From positions 1,426,001 to 1,490,000 of the forward strand of contig JAWMAR010000077.1 of NCBI GenBank assembly GCA_036785375.1: 64,000 nt of DNA, given 5' to 3'. The first letter of the stretch is position 1; the number at the start of each line of letters is the position of its first letter. The position numbers and the translations under genes were made by a program. Origin of the DNA: Leucoraja ocellata (taxonomy: Eukaryota). Below the pieces are notes generated by a model. That model ran no database searches. It saw only the letters and a program-made list of their open reading frames with translations, and was not told where the DNA came from. Of this stretch, positions 11,811 through 25,100 are shown in pieces.

Positions 11811-12699
11811 ACTCTGCTCGAGAACAGCTGAACGGGAGTGACCCGCGAGTATCTCCGCCATAAACATTAAAAATACGATGCAGGAAATTAAAATAGAAAA
11901 TTCAGTAGCATTCCGAAAGTCAAACAGTAACTGTGGAAAGAGAAATAGAGTTAATGTTACAAATTGAGGATGCTTCTTCGAATTAAAAAGTTAACTCTGT
12001 TTCTCTATCCCGCCGTTTTGTATTTTAATGTCACAAAGCAGTCTGTGCACCATCAAGAATCAACCGGTTATGGAACGTCACAACTTGTTGCAGATTGTTA
12101 TAGTAATCTGTAGTTTATTGATTCAGAATATCTGCTAAAGCTGGTTGTGTGGCTGCTGCTTGGATAGTATTTCTGGCCGCTGAATCACACGGTGAGGCTG
12201 GGTTTTTGATAACGGCCCTGTTGTTGGAAGGGCACGCTACTGGTTGGTGCTAAGTGGCCGGGATATCGAGGTGTAGTTCAGATTTTGGCAGCGGTGGCGT
12301 TCCGCACGTCTTCAGATCCAACACCTGTTGTAGAGATCACACCCCGAACGATTTAACACCAGCTTCAAACATAACCGCTGTCGAAGTTCGTTATTAATTT
12401 GCATTGAAAATGGCAGAAGATTTAACCGACTTTACAAAATTGGGTTTCAGTGAGACTATCTGGGCTCTTTGACGGCGAACAACTGGTGAATTGCGGATGT
12501 CGAATGTCTTGCGAATCCTTGTGATCGCCAAAAGTGCTCTTTATGTTCCGTAGCCGCTTGTACACAAGGTAGCCCGGGTATAATTTGACCAGGTTGTCAG
12601 TTTGAAGTCTGGGGTTGCAAACCCCAGAGAGATGGTTGAGAGGAAAGGAAAGAAAAAAAAAACAGGACCGGTCTTCAGGCAGAGGTTGTATCGGGATTT

Positions 12700-13810
12700 C
12701 CAGCTGAGTAATTCGCCCGGTTCAGAAATTGATTCATTTCTTTTAGTGGAAAGTCCAGATTTGCTGCTACCCAAGATATTAAACCGTTAATTCGACCGAG
12801 TTATAGCTTCTGTGAACTGCAATGGCACTAGTTCTAAATTGAAAATGCCGGACAGTAAAGATGTGGAGAAATGCCTCCCCTGGGATCCAGGGAAATACGG
12901 GAATTTGGACTAAATTGTGCTCGATAATATGAGGTATGGGCGGTAATGGAACGGTATTTATCAAATTGGAAGCCTGTGATTAGTGCCTGGACCTTTGTTT
13001 TTTGGTGGATATGAATAGCGAGTTAGCTGCCGACACCAAGGTCGATAGTGTTCTGAATGGTGAGGATATTTCTACTGTTATACAACGACATCCACCATTC
13101 ATCAGATGTGCAAAGGAATGGCTAATGCAATTTAATACTGGATCAAAAATGAAATAATATATTCTGGGACTATTAAGGCTAGGACAAAGCCAACGATTGA
13201 TGGGACCAGTGAATGTATTGAGGAATCGTAGGGTGGCCGTGCACATGTCTAGGGGTCCATATAACCAGCAACGCGGGTTATTTGTAGTTAGGAAGACAAG
13301 TTGCCTTCATCAGCCGGGGTATAGAATATAAAAGCAGAGAGATAATGATACGTGTATATAAAAGACTAGTTAAGACACCGCTGGAATATTTGTGCATATT
13401 TCGGTCGCCGCGCATGGGAAAAACACGGTTGCTCATGAAGGATGCAGTAGAGGTGTAGCTTGGGACGAAACAGTTGAGTTAAGAGAGGAAAATGGAGAGG
13501 CTGGGTTCATTCCACTGGGAGTTGAGACAGATGATGCGGGACCTGTTTGACGTACACAAAATGTGGTGGTACATTGGCCGCGTAGGTAAACCAGTGCCCA
13601 CAATAGGAGTGCATTTATTAATAATAAAGTGTTGAAGGCGATATGAAGGAAAAAGTGTCACTCAAATGGTGGTTGAAATCTGGAATGCACAGCCCGAGAA
13701 GGGTTCGTGGCGACAGGGCCTCTCGTTGTCAGGGAAGTTATTAGGTGAGCAATGAAAATGCGCGCCAAGTGCTGGCAAATCGGATTAGCAAAGATATCTA
13801 ATGGCGGTCA
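12700..13810 (+). mobile_element. Old degenerate CR1 fragment in the J-C intron
   Basis: Remnants of CR1 RT and C-terminal sequence (GCTGCCGACACCAAG, GGTATAGAATATAAAAGCAGAGAG, CTGGAATAT); boundaries approximate. Confidence 0.6.
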
Positions 13811-14109
13811 AATTCGCGGTACTCACAAGTCCACTGTATGACTTTGAGGACAAGGACATTCAGGTGTTAAATCTCTTTCCACAGCCCTTTAAATCCACCC
13901 AATCTCCTGCGCTCCCAGAATTGGAAGCACTTGCCTGTTTAATCTGAACATTGCTATAATTTTAAATAATCTCATTATGTTTATTCTTTGCAAAGTGAAT
14001 CCCCTCAGATTTGTCGGTGTTAAATTTCTAACTGTTTTCTCCAATCTGCAGCCGCTGATTTTCAGTGCGAATATTGGAATTTCTAATCACATTTATATTT
14101 TACATTCAG

Positions 14110-14427
14110 ATGTACCACCCAGAGCTCCGAAAATCCGTCTTTTCCCGCCGTCCGCCACTGAGCTGAAAGCCAATAGCAAGTCCGTTGCGGTCTGCCTGAT
14201 TACCGACTTCTTCCCCGAGGTGATCAAGGTCGAGTGGAAAATCGGTGCCAAGAAGCAGAAGGATAACGTCGAGACGGATTCGGTGACGAAAATGGGGACA
14301 AACACTTATTCGCTGATTAGCCGACTCGTTGTCACCAAGCTACAATGGGAGTCGGAAACAATTTCTTGCCACGCGAAACATGAAATCGACGTCGCAGAAT
14401 TATCGATTACAAGGCATTCCAAATACG
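14110..14427 (+). CDS. TRGC: TCR gamma constant exon 1 (Ig C1 domain)
   Basis: Acceptor TTTTACATTCAG; (D)VPPRAPKIRLFPPS...AVCLITDFFPEVIKVEW...YSLISRL...ISCHAKHE with the C-W-C triad; 318 nt, phase 1-1, donor G|GTACTA. Confidence 0.95.
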
Positions 14428-14704
14428 GTACTATCCTCCGCGCCGCCGCCAATGTGGCAGAATATTTGCAAATCCACTTAATTCCCCAGCTCTCCCAAAT
14501 TTAAATCTTAGACCAGCCACTTCCAAGTGCAGCCCTTTACCCCCACCCCCCATCCCCCCCCCCCCCGCCCCCAATAAGCAGCGATAATAACAATACATAG
14601 CTGCTCCCCAAATAATGCTCACGCTGGATCAACGGAATGAAGTTTCCCGCCAGACTCGCTCCTTTCCCTCCGACCCTCTTTCCCCTTCGTACCGTGCGTC
14701 GGTC

Positions 14705-14760
14705 ATAATAATAATATAATAATAATAATAATGATAATAATAATAATAATAATAATAATA
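14705..14760 (+). repeat. (TAA)n microsatellite, tail of a minus-strand LINE fragment running to about 15090
   Basis: About 18 TAA units followed by TATTTTATTGTCATTGC. Confidence 0.85.
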
Positions 14761-15709
14761 TATTTTATTGTCATTGCACATAAGTGCAACGAGATTTGGT
14801 ATGCAGTTTCCATCCGACGTCATAACATAAATAACTAATACAATTTGGATTTAGATACCCCGAGAAACATGGTTTGTAAAAAGAACAGTAAAACAGTCAA
14901 AACAGTTCAACAGACTAAAGTGCAGATGTGTCTGTGCGACGTGGCCATCCGAGGGAGACGGTCCAGGGAGGATGGGGGGCACTCAGCAGGCCCGGTTCAG
15001 AGCCGCTATAGCTCTGGGAATGAAGCTGTTCCTGAGTCTGGAGGTTCGGGCGTAGAAGGCCTTGTAACGTCTGCTTACAAGGCCTTGTAACCCAATACTC
15101 ACAACATAATTCTGGTGGGGTTACACTCTTTTATTTCTAATTTTATATAACCACGACAATTACTTTCTATATAAATATATACCAATACCATCTAACAATA
15201 ATACTCTTTTTTTTGTAACTACGTCGCATCTGATATCGCCGACAACAGATGTACCTTCCTGTTTCATGCTATATATGTGAATTTAGATCCAGATCTAGGA
15301 TTCGGTCTAGTGTTACAAATGCACCGAGAAATACCCTCACAAGTGAAATTCAGAGCGGAAATATGGCAACCTTTCACTGGAGAGTCATTTAATTTCGCAG
15401 TTCTCCCAATAGTAACAACGGCAGAATGGCCGGGGGGAAAGAGGAAACACAAAACCGTCTCACAAATAGGGCGGCAGGTGGTGGAATTGCTGCCTTAGAG
15501 CGCCACAAACGCGGGTTCGATCCTGACTAGGGGAGTTGTCTGCACCGAGTTTGTACGTTCTCCTTGTGGGTTTTCTCCGGGTGCTCCGGTTTCCTCTCAC
15601 ACTCCAAAGACGTCCAGGTTTCTTGGTTAATTGGCTTCGGTAAAAACATGTACATTTCCCCTGGTGTATAGGATAATGTGATCGTTGGTCGGCGGGGACT
15701 CGGTCGGCC

Positions 15710-16120
15710 GAAAACTCCGATCAGCTGATAAGGTTATTGGCTGCAACCTTCCCACCATTGACAAACTGTACACTGCAAGGGTCAGGAGGCGAGCGGATAA
15801 GATCGTCGCTGACCCCTCTTGCCCTGGCCACAAACTCTTTGAATCACTTCCCTCTTGCAGGCGACTCCGGAGTCAAAGCTGCCACAGCCACACATAAAAA
15901 ACAGTTTTTTTTCCACGAGTAGTAGCTCTACTCAATAACCAAAAATCAGCAGCCTCCGTTTGCTCTGTATTTTATTTAATTCACATGTTTCATCGATAAT
16001 GTTTTATTATTAATGTGTAATGTTTTATATGTCATTCCTAACTGTCACTGTATGTCATGTTGTCACTTGCGGGGGAACCACCAAGGTAAATTCCTTGTAT
16101 ATGAATATCTGGCCAATAAA
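15710..16120 (+). mobile_element. Rex/Babar-type LINE 3' fragment; a related copy lies at about 22209-22570
   Basis: KIVADPSCPGHKLFESLPS; matches 22209-22570 by eye. Confidence 0.7.
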
Positions 16121-16255
16121 CGTATTCGAAGAGCCCATTTCTGCGGGGACGGGTTTTAAATATAATTCGTTTTAACTTTAAAGCGTAAATGCGAAAATCC
16201 TCTGAATTTGTCGATATTTCTAATGAATGTTTCTGTATTTCTTTAAACCATTTAG

Positions 16256-16333
16256 CTGGTGCCATTGCTGGTAAGTCAGTGGGTCCCACCTGCCCGCCGA
16301 TCGTCCAGGAAAATCAGGAGAACACGGAAGAAG
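16256..16333 (+). CDS. TRGC: TCR gamma constant exon 2 (connecting peptide with hinge Cys)
   Basis: Acceptor TTCTTTAAACCATTTAG; (A)GAIAGKSVGPTCPPIVQENQENTEE; donor G|GTAAAT; 78 nt, phase 1-1; internal alternative donor after 16270. Confidence 0.85.
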
Positions 16334-17874
16334 GTAAATCCTGTTTTAAATCAAACCATGGTCCGCGTATTATGCGGCTCCTGGTCTGGTCAAATATCGT
16401 AGCCTCTCAAATGGTGACACTACAGCTTAATAAATCTGCCGATTACCAGCACAGGGAAATAATCAACTCTATCTTTACCTTGTGACGGGACGGGGCGGTT
16501 CATGTAATGTCCTTAGAAAGAGCAAGGTGAGGGCAAATGTCTCCAATCGGCTGACCCCCACTGTCAATTGAAGCGGCTTAGATAGGTATCCAGCAATATC
16601 CATTTGTGGACAGAAATGAAAGAAAGACCCACTTATTGTAACAGGTTGCCCAGAAAATCAGCATTAGAATGGAACGGACACAAATAAACTGGAATGTATT
16701 TTGACATTTTAAAATATAAATCCGCAGTGTAACACAGTTGAGGCAACAGTCAACACAGAAAGATACACAAGTTAAATGCAAGATCAAACTATCCAGTACT
16801 TGTTGAAGAAATGAAGAAAATGAAAACTGAAGGAAATAGTTATATTCCGTGCACGTACAAGAGCGAGGACTATGAAAAGGAATAGAAATAGATTAGCAAA
16901 TATGGAGAGAGGGTTAATTGAAAAGGCAATTAGAAACGCCAACATTAAGTTAACCAGAAATGTAAAACAAATAAAGAAGTTTGCAGACACATAAGAACGA
17001 CCGAAGCTACCAAGACACTGGAGATATAGTCATTGGGTCACAGAAACAAGCCATCACCCCGTCGATCACTGTCAATAAGGGGCACATCTTCAAGGTGTCA
17101 AGGTCAGTTTATTGTCACATGTATCAATTAAGGTACAGTGAAATTCGAATGACCATAAGGGGCACATCTTGATACACTCACCCAAGAAAACATCAAAGTA
17201 GAACAATATTTTTAACATCGCTTTGCCCACGTACTTACAAAAATGTAAATTGGTTGAAATAACACGAGACGAAATCACATAAGAAAATGAACACGTTTAA
17301 GAAATAAGTTATTAAATAATGAATTGGGAGTCTGTTGGCTCACGTGGATTATACCTGCGCATATTAAAAGTTGGGGAAAGGATGGCAGGCAGACCATTAC
17401 ATACATGTAGACATGTATTATTAAAGGACATTTCTATTTTAAGACGTCCACGAAATTGTAATTTTAAAAAAGCAACACGAACACGAGCATGAACTAGTTG
17501 GGTATACGTTCCTGTTTATTTGCTGTACATAATACGTCCATATTCAGAAAACTCAACACCATCATTGAATATGTATGGTGACATTAATTTCGAGCATGCT
17601 TTCGCCTCTTGTACCAGCAAAGTAGGTAAACATTACATTCATTTCAACATTACATCTATCTTGAATAGAAAATATGCCAAATTGAGTCAGTGATCACGGG
17701 AAGGTGACATTGCTGGAGACATTTGCCCACGCTTTGGCTAAGCTTATTTTTACAGTGGCGTTATCTGCGCATTCGCTTCGAAAAACACCAAAATATATCT
17801 GTAAATTCTTAGAATCATAATTTCTGCTAATAAACCGGAAGCTGACGATTTTTACATTTTCCAATTTCACCTAG

Positions 17875-18008
17875 GAATATCGGCGAGCTCACTGCAGGTC
17901 GCGACGTTGACATATACCATTCTGTTGATGAAGAGTGTGTTATACTGCGGCATCATCTCGTGCATACTTTACAAGATGGAATACTGGGGCACAAAGAAGC
18001 CATTGTAA
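17875..18008 (+). CDS. TRGC: TCR gamma constant exon 3 (transmembrane and cytoplasmic tail)
   Basis: Acceptor TTTCACCTAG; (G)ISASSLQVATLTYTILLMKSVLYCGIISCILYKMEYWGTKKPL*, containing the TCR beta/gamma-type YxILLxKSxxY transmembrane motif with intramembrane Lys. Confidence 0.93.
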
Positions 18009-18341
18009 CTCGTATTTTGTACATTTTGTACATTGCACATTTTGATAAATGTCTTCCATTTCATTGTAAGCTTCAGTCTATGTCCTCGTTGCGTACAAAG
18101 GGATTGTACATCCTGTTGCAAAATATGTGTTGGCTTGTAAGAGGCTAATGAAGGCCGCGTGTTGAAGCTTATATCCAGGTGATTACAGAGCAAAATACAG
18201 AGAACGAGCAGCGTTAATCTAATGCCAGATAGACTGTTGTGGGGGTACCGGTTAGTTGTTCATCAAATCACTTTTATTGCTGAATCCTTTTTGCTAGCAT
18301 TTCAACGCCTTTGAAAAAATGTATCATTCTAGAAATCGAAC

Positions 18342-18432
18342 AATAAACGAGTTAGTAAGATTTACTTTAGCATTTTTTAATGCGTTGCTCTGTGACCGGT
18401 GAGTTGTTTATTTCCGAAATAAAACAAATAAA
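18342..18432 (+). terminator. Candidate poly(A) signals for TRGC
   Basis: AATAAA at 18342, 18418 and 18427, 330-420 nt after the stop. Confidence 0.55.
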
Positions 18433-20414
18433 ATACAGGAAGCACCAATTATTACATTGGGAATTAGCAGCTAACTTGTGGGATATACCCATGAAAACAG
18501 ACTAGGTAATCAGCAGGTGGACACGTCTCTGATAATAGAGGCCCACGGCATAAAGATTCATCACACCGACACACTTCCCATAATGTAGCTCTCTGTTACC
18601 ACAGATAAATGCGGAGCATGGTTATTCTGACTATAATCTCCGCCACCCAACACCACCACCGGCAACCTTTCACTCGCCTGCTCATAAATAGTCTATCTAA
18701 CTCGACCTGAAATTATTCAAAATCTATGCTTCCACCGCCACCTCGAGAGAAATACAAATCCCCTCATCTCTGACTTAATGTGCGACAAGCCATTTTTTAA
18801 CCGGGGCCACCTAGTTCTAGATTTTCCCAAGAGAGAAAAAACCTCTTTACATCCACCCGGTTATGGTTCCTCGGTTTCTTGTATATTTCAATCAAGTCTT
18901 CGCTCACTCTTCTAAAGTCCAGCGGATACCAGTAAACATTTTCTGAACTGCTTCAGATAACTGCCGCCAATTTGTGTTAAATTACGATCACATTGTGTTC
19001 GCTTGCCTGAAAACTAGCCTTTTAACAATCAAATATTTGAACACCCGGGTCCAGGACTGCATGGAAATACCGAGGCGCGGGGCAAGGGTAGAAAAAAAGC
19101 CACACGTGCTGGAGTAAAACAATGGGTCACACAGCATCTCTGGAGAACTTCTCACCACTAAAGAATGGTCCCAACTCGAAACGCCACCTATCCATGCTCT
19201 CCAGAGATGCTGCCTGATCCGCTGAGTTGCTCCAACATTTTGCCTTTTTTGTGTGCTGTAAACCAGCATCTGCAGTTCTTTGTTTCGTCAGACAAGTATC
19301 AAAACTTGACCAGTAAATTCTAGGGGTCAAGGAAAGAGCGTTCAGGTCACGGCCCTGTTTCCACCAAACTTTCCACCACCACGCACAAGAAGCACAAAAC
19401 GCGCAAGACGCAATGGCAGCAGATGCCGAGAGGTGTGTTCAGCTGTGGCTGTACAATTTCTAATCTTGCAATGTGGACTGGATGAGAAGAAGAAGAACAT
19501 TCCCCATGACCATTAATTCCAATTTATCGCGAGTTTTCCAAAATAATAGCTATCCCCGCTCCAATAAATCTCTCTGGCCCCGGTTGGTTTGCAGACATTG
19601 TCAAAATTGCTAAAAACACATCAATGCCGAAGCAACCCTGTCACTTTAAATTGAAACCCAGGGAAATGCAACAGTTGGGAATGGAGCAAAACACAAAGTG
19701 CTGGAGTAACTCAGTGGGTCAGGTAGACCGGTTGAGTCAGTTACTTCGGCACTTTACACATGGAATCGAAAATGTTTTATTTGAAATGATTTATATTTAA
19801 CTTCACGACATTATTGTTCCAACCATCCCTTTACATATATTACTTTAACTTATTTGACATTGGCCTATTGTGAAGCGAGTATAGTGATATAACGATCCGT
19901 TTTTACAAATTGATAAATGGGATTCAATTGCAATTGACTAAACCGAACGCAAAACACTCTCTCGGGAAGGGCAAGAAGTGAACGGATTAAGGTTATAATA
20001 TTTATATTACATGGCCAGTGGCCGCACAAACAAACTCCTTGCAACATCTCAGAGCCGATCCCTTTAACCCCGGCACAGATATCAGTGAATAAATAAACCT
20101 TGAGTGCTGGAAGTCTGAAGTAAAAACAAAATGCTGGAAATAGAACATCATTTTGCAAAGTTACACCAGACATTCCCTACATTAAGAGTTTGCTCGTCTC
20201 GGCACCTTCCAATGTGCTGGCCATCGGCTAATCCAGAATGGGAAAACAAAGCTGATACACTCCCTTATTGTTCTTTTACGTTGCACCTAAATAAATCGAC
20301 CAGGTTCCGAGAGAATTTGGGACGTTTGTCTTGGTTGTAGCTTGATGACTTTCAATAAGAGGGAACGCAGGGGTTGGTAATAAAAGCCTCTACATTTTCA
20401 ACCTGAGGGATAGA

Positions 20415-20690
20415 TTATACAGGCATTTGGACGTGCAAGGGCTGATTAGGGATAGTCAGCATGGTTTTGTACGTGGGAGGTAGTGTCTCACAAATCTGAT
20501 TGAGTTTTTTGAAGACGTGACCAAAAAGATCGATGAGGGCAGAGCTGTAGATGTTGTGCACATGGATTTCAGTAAGGCATTTGACAAAGTTCCACATGGT
20601 AGGCTGCTCTGGAAGGTTAGATCGCATGGGATCCAATGAGAGATAGCTGAATGGATAGAAAATTGGCTCCAAGGAAGGAAGCAGATGGTT
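20415..20690 (+). mobile_element. CR1 RT fragment
   Basis: SQHGFV...DFSKAFDKVPH motif; cut by the adjacent minus-strand CR1. Confidence 0.8.
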
Positions 20691-22197
20691 ATAGAAACAT
20701 AGAAAATATGTGCAGGAGTAGGCCATTCGGCCCTTCGAGTCTGCACCGCCATTCAATATGGCTGATCATCCAACTCAGTATCCTGTACCTGCCTTCTCTC
20801 CATGCCCCCTGGTCCCTTTAGCCACTAGGGCCACATCTAACCCACTTAAATATAGCCAATGAACTGGCCTCAACTACCTTCTGTGGCAGAGAGTTCCAGA
20901 GATTCACCACTCTCTGTGTGAAAAATGTTTTTCTCATCTCGGTCCTAAAAGATTTCCCCCTTATCCTTAAACTGTGACCCCTTGTTCTGGACTTCCCCAA
21001 CATCGGGAACAATCTTCCTGCATCTAGCCTGTCCAACCCCTTAAGAATTTTGTAAGTTTCTATAAAATTCCCCCTCAATCTTCTAAATTCTAGCGAGTAC
21101 AAGCCGAGTCTATCCAGTGTTACTTCATAGGAAAGTCCTGACATCCCAGGAATCAGTCTGGTGAACCTTCTCTGTATTCCCTCTATGGCAAGAATGTCTT
21201 TCCTCAGATTAGGAGACGAAAACTGTGTGCAATACTCCAGGTGTGGTCTCACCAAGACCCTGTACAACTGCAGTAGAACCTCCCTGCTCCTATACTCAAA
21301 TCCTTTTGCTATGAATGCTAACATACCATTCGCTTTCTTCACTGCCTGCTGCACCTGCATGCCTACTTTCAATGACTGGTGTACCATGACACCCAGGTCT
21401 CGTTGCATCTCCCCTTTTCCTAATCGGCCACCATTCAGATAATAGTCTACTTTCCTGTTTTTGCCACCAAAGTGGATAACCTCACATATATTCACATTCT
21501 ACTACGTCTGCCATGCATTTTCCCACTCACCCAACCTATCCAAGTCACCTTGCAGCCTCCTAGCATCCTCCTCACAGCTAACACTGCCCCCCCCCCCCCC
21601 CCCCCCCAGCTTCGTGTCATCCAAACTTGGAGATGTTGCATTCAATTCCCTCATCCAAATCATTAATATATATTGTAAATAGCTGGGGTCCCAGCACTGA
21701 GCCTTAACCCTAACCCCACTAGTCACTGCCTGCCATTGTGAAAAGGACCCGTTTACTCCTATTCTTTGCTTCCTGTCTGCCAGCCAGTTCTCCATCCACA
21801 TCAATACTGAACCCCCAATACTGTGTGCTTTAAGTTTGTATACTAATCTATTATATGGGACCTTGTCAAAAGCCTTCTGAAAGTCCAGATATAACACATC
21901 CACTGGTTCTCCCTTATCCACTCTACTAGTTACATCCTCGAAAAATTCTATAAGATTCGTCAGACATGATTTACCTTTCATAAATTCAAGCTGACTTTGT
22001 CCAATGATTTCACCACTTTCCAAATGTGCTGCTATCCCATCTTTAATTACTGACTCTAGCAGTTTCCCCACTACCGATGTTAGACTAACTGGTCTGTAAT
22101 TCCCCGTTTTCTCCCATCCTCCCTTTTTTAAAAAGTGGGGGTACATTAGCTACTCTCCAATCCTCAGGAACATTAGCTACCCTCCAATCCTCAGGAA
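20691..22197 (-). mobile_element. 5'-truncated CR1 LINE
   Basis: ORFs 21502-22146 (NYRPVSLTS, DFQKAFDKV) and 20818-21495; same family and tail as 3914-4352. Confidence 0.92.
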
Positions 22198-25100
22198 TTG
22201 GAGTGTGCACTGTACACTGCAAGGGCTAGGAAGTGAGCGGGCAAGATCATCTCTGACCCCTCTCACCCTGGCCACAAACTCTTTGAATCACTTCCCTCTG
22301 GAAGGCGACTCCGGATTGTCAAAGCTGCCACAGCCAGACATAAAAACAGTTTTTATCCACAAGTAGTTGCTCTACTCATCAGCCAAAAATATGTAGCCTC
22401 CCTTTGATCTGGTATTTTGTTGGTTCACATGCTTGCTTGATCAATCGTGTTTTATCATTAATGTTTTATTATTATTAATGTTTAGTGTTTTCGGAGTCAT
22501 TCGTAACTGTCACTGTATATCATGTGGGCAGAGCACCAAGGCAAATTCTTTGTTTGTGAATACTTGCTTACTTACTTACAAACTTAATAAGACATGAAGA
22601 TGTTTTAATCCATTAAACTTTGGATCTTCCCAATAGTTGCAATTTAGCACCCTCCGCCGTGAGTGTTTAATGCTTTTGTTTTGAGTTCGTGATAATTTTA
22701 ACACAAAGTACAGCTGCCTCTAAAGGAAACTAATAAAAACATTGAATTGCACATACGGTAAATCGGAAACAAAAGAAAAAACCCCATCAGAAGGCCATCT
22801 CCTCAATACATGAAAGAAACATAAATAACATTTAATTCCGAAGTGGCCTCAACTTGCAACGTTTACCGCTCTTTCCGCGGATGTTGCTTGGTAAAACCTA
22901 AGCGTGTAATAAGGTAAGTTTTAATAAATCGACACCGTTTTTATTAAGCGTGTGTTTTTTATTAAGCATGCTTTTAATGAGAGATAGTTTCGTCGAGAAA
23001 ATATACATAAAGGAACTTAAAACTCACAAATATCATAAATGATCTAGCAAGCGCAATGGAAAGCCTGACTTTATCTCTTTGCTCTGGCATCTTTTCGAAT
23101 CTCATCCAGGAATTGAAATCCTCTCAAAAAAAGTGAATGTGGATTCTGTGCACAATGTTTGTGATGATCTGAGGCCATTTCAGAGAGCAAAATCCAGTGA
23201 GCACCGCGCTGGCGTGATGCCAGAGGGGCTGGGGGTGAATTGGGCCTCATGTATCTCCTCAAAACAGGCGAAAGCGTTTGTCTAGCTTTGGAATTTTAAT
23301 ATTTGGGTTCATTTATCCAACGGAATTCACCCGTGCTAAAAGATACAAGTCCTGTAATACAAGAAGTGTCCCGACATGAAATGTCGCCTATCATGTCCTC
23401 AAGAGATGCTGCCTGGCCCCCTGAGTTACTCCAGCACTCTGCGGTCTATGAAATACAAGTTCATACATTTATAAATTCAAGCAGCAGAAATAGGCCATTC
23501 AGCCCATCAATTCTACTCTGCCATTCAATAGCGGCTCATTTACCTTTCCCTCTCAATCCCATTTTACGCCGAAATACAAACCCATTGTGTATTGAAAATT
23601 TCCAGCATGGAATCGTACAGCACGCTTTCCGGAATTCAATCCTCTCCTACTTGCCTTCTTCAGCATTTGGCTTTATCTAATTGCAGCCACTTGCGTTAAT
23701 CTCATCCGGGACAGAGAAGTGTAACCGATTCCTAATCACAAAAAAACTCCAAATTACTGAAGTTATCTGTCTGAGTTTTGCGCAATAATTAAGATAAAGA
23801 AAATGTAATAAACACCGAATAACGCGGTTAATAGCGACAACTGAGGTTTTAGTTGGTGTGATTAGCTCCTCGAAATGTGTAGTAATATCATGCTGCTAAA
23901 TCCACCCTGGAACGCGCACATGACTTGCTGTTAACACGATTACAGTGTGTGCCGTTGACATGTCTCATTTACAAATACTGGAATGGTGATAGCTGTGAAG
24001 TGGTACATTTTGCTAGGAAGAATATGGAGACAAGGTATTACCTGGTGGGTAGAGGCATAAAGGGATCATATATATATTTCTCAGCTCTAAAGATTGCACT
24101 TAATGTTTATTTTCTGATGGATAAAATAGGGAAATTATTTTTAACCTGCTGCATCCAGCCTATCCCACTCAGTACAGCACACCGTCCATGTGGAACATGA
24201 TGTCCTAATCTCCGTCTGTTTATGATCCACATCCCTCCATTCCCTGCATATCCATGTGCCAGTTGAAAGCCTCTTAAATGCCACTATCGTATCTGCCTCG
24301 GGGAAAAAAATCTATATATTAGGGGAATCGAGGGATATTAGGGGTAGGACAAGAAAATGATGCTAGGATTTCAAAAAAAATCATGAACCATAATCTTGTT
24401 AAATCATACAGCGGCCTTGATTGGTCAATACTCCTGCCTCCGTTCTGTTGATAAGTTTATAAGGGAGACCAGGCAACTGTACTAGAGAGGCAGGAATAAC
24501 GACTTAGAGAGATTTAGATGCGAAGGAATGAGAGCAGGCTCATGTGGAGCATTGATAAGGACTGGTTGTAAAGAATGGCTACTTGTTGACCTTATGTTCA
24601 CTTACTTGTTGAGCTTAATCCTGTTAACCAAATGCGTATACATACAGAAAATAGTGGTTTGGCTCAAGTGGAATATTGTTTGCAGTCTCGGCACCGTACG
24701 CTAGGAAGGATGTCAAGGCCTGAGAAGCGTATAGGAATCACAAGGGCAACATGAGGGAAAGAAGTCTTAAATCACGTGCATAGTCCGGAAATGCTGAGCA
24801 GCTCTTTTCGAATGGAAAATGTAGTACAACTGTTCAAAGGTTGAAAGTTAGAAAGTTTGGGTTTAGTGAGCCATTCTTTTAAATAGTTTTGATGCCCACA
24901 GCGAAGGAGGAATTAGTTTGCTTCTAAGTTAATGTGGTGCAGATTTTCTACATTGATATTGGGAAAGGAAAGAATGTCCCACGGGCCGAGATTAAGACAG
25001 TCCAATACACACTGGAGTTGGGAATATGGGGGGGGTGATCTCATTTGATCTCATAGAGGTAGGTTTTGAGGGAGAGGGTGGTTGGCAGAGTGGACATTAC

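Noticed and set aside
12200-12315. GGTTTTTGA nonamer and FGSG-encoding sequence suggesting another J
   Set aside because: No heptamer at 12- or 23-bp spacing, no J-like residues after FGSG, and no splice donor.
13977-14504. 175-aa ORF taken as a standalone gene
   Set aside because: Only 14110-14427 is the C exon; the flanks are intron read-through.
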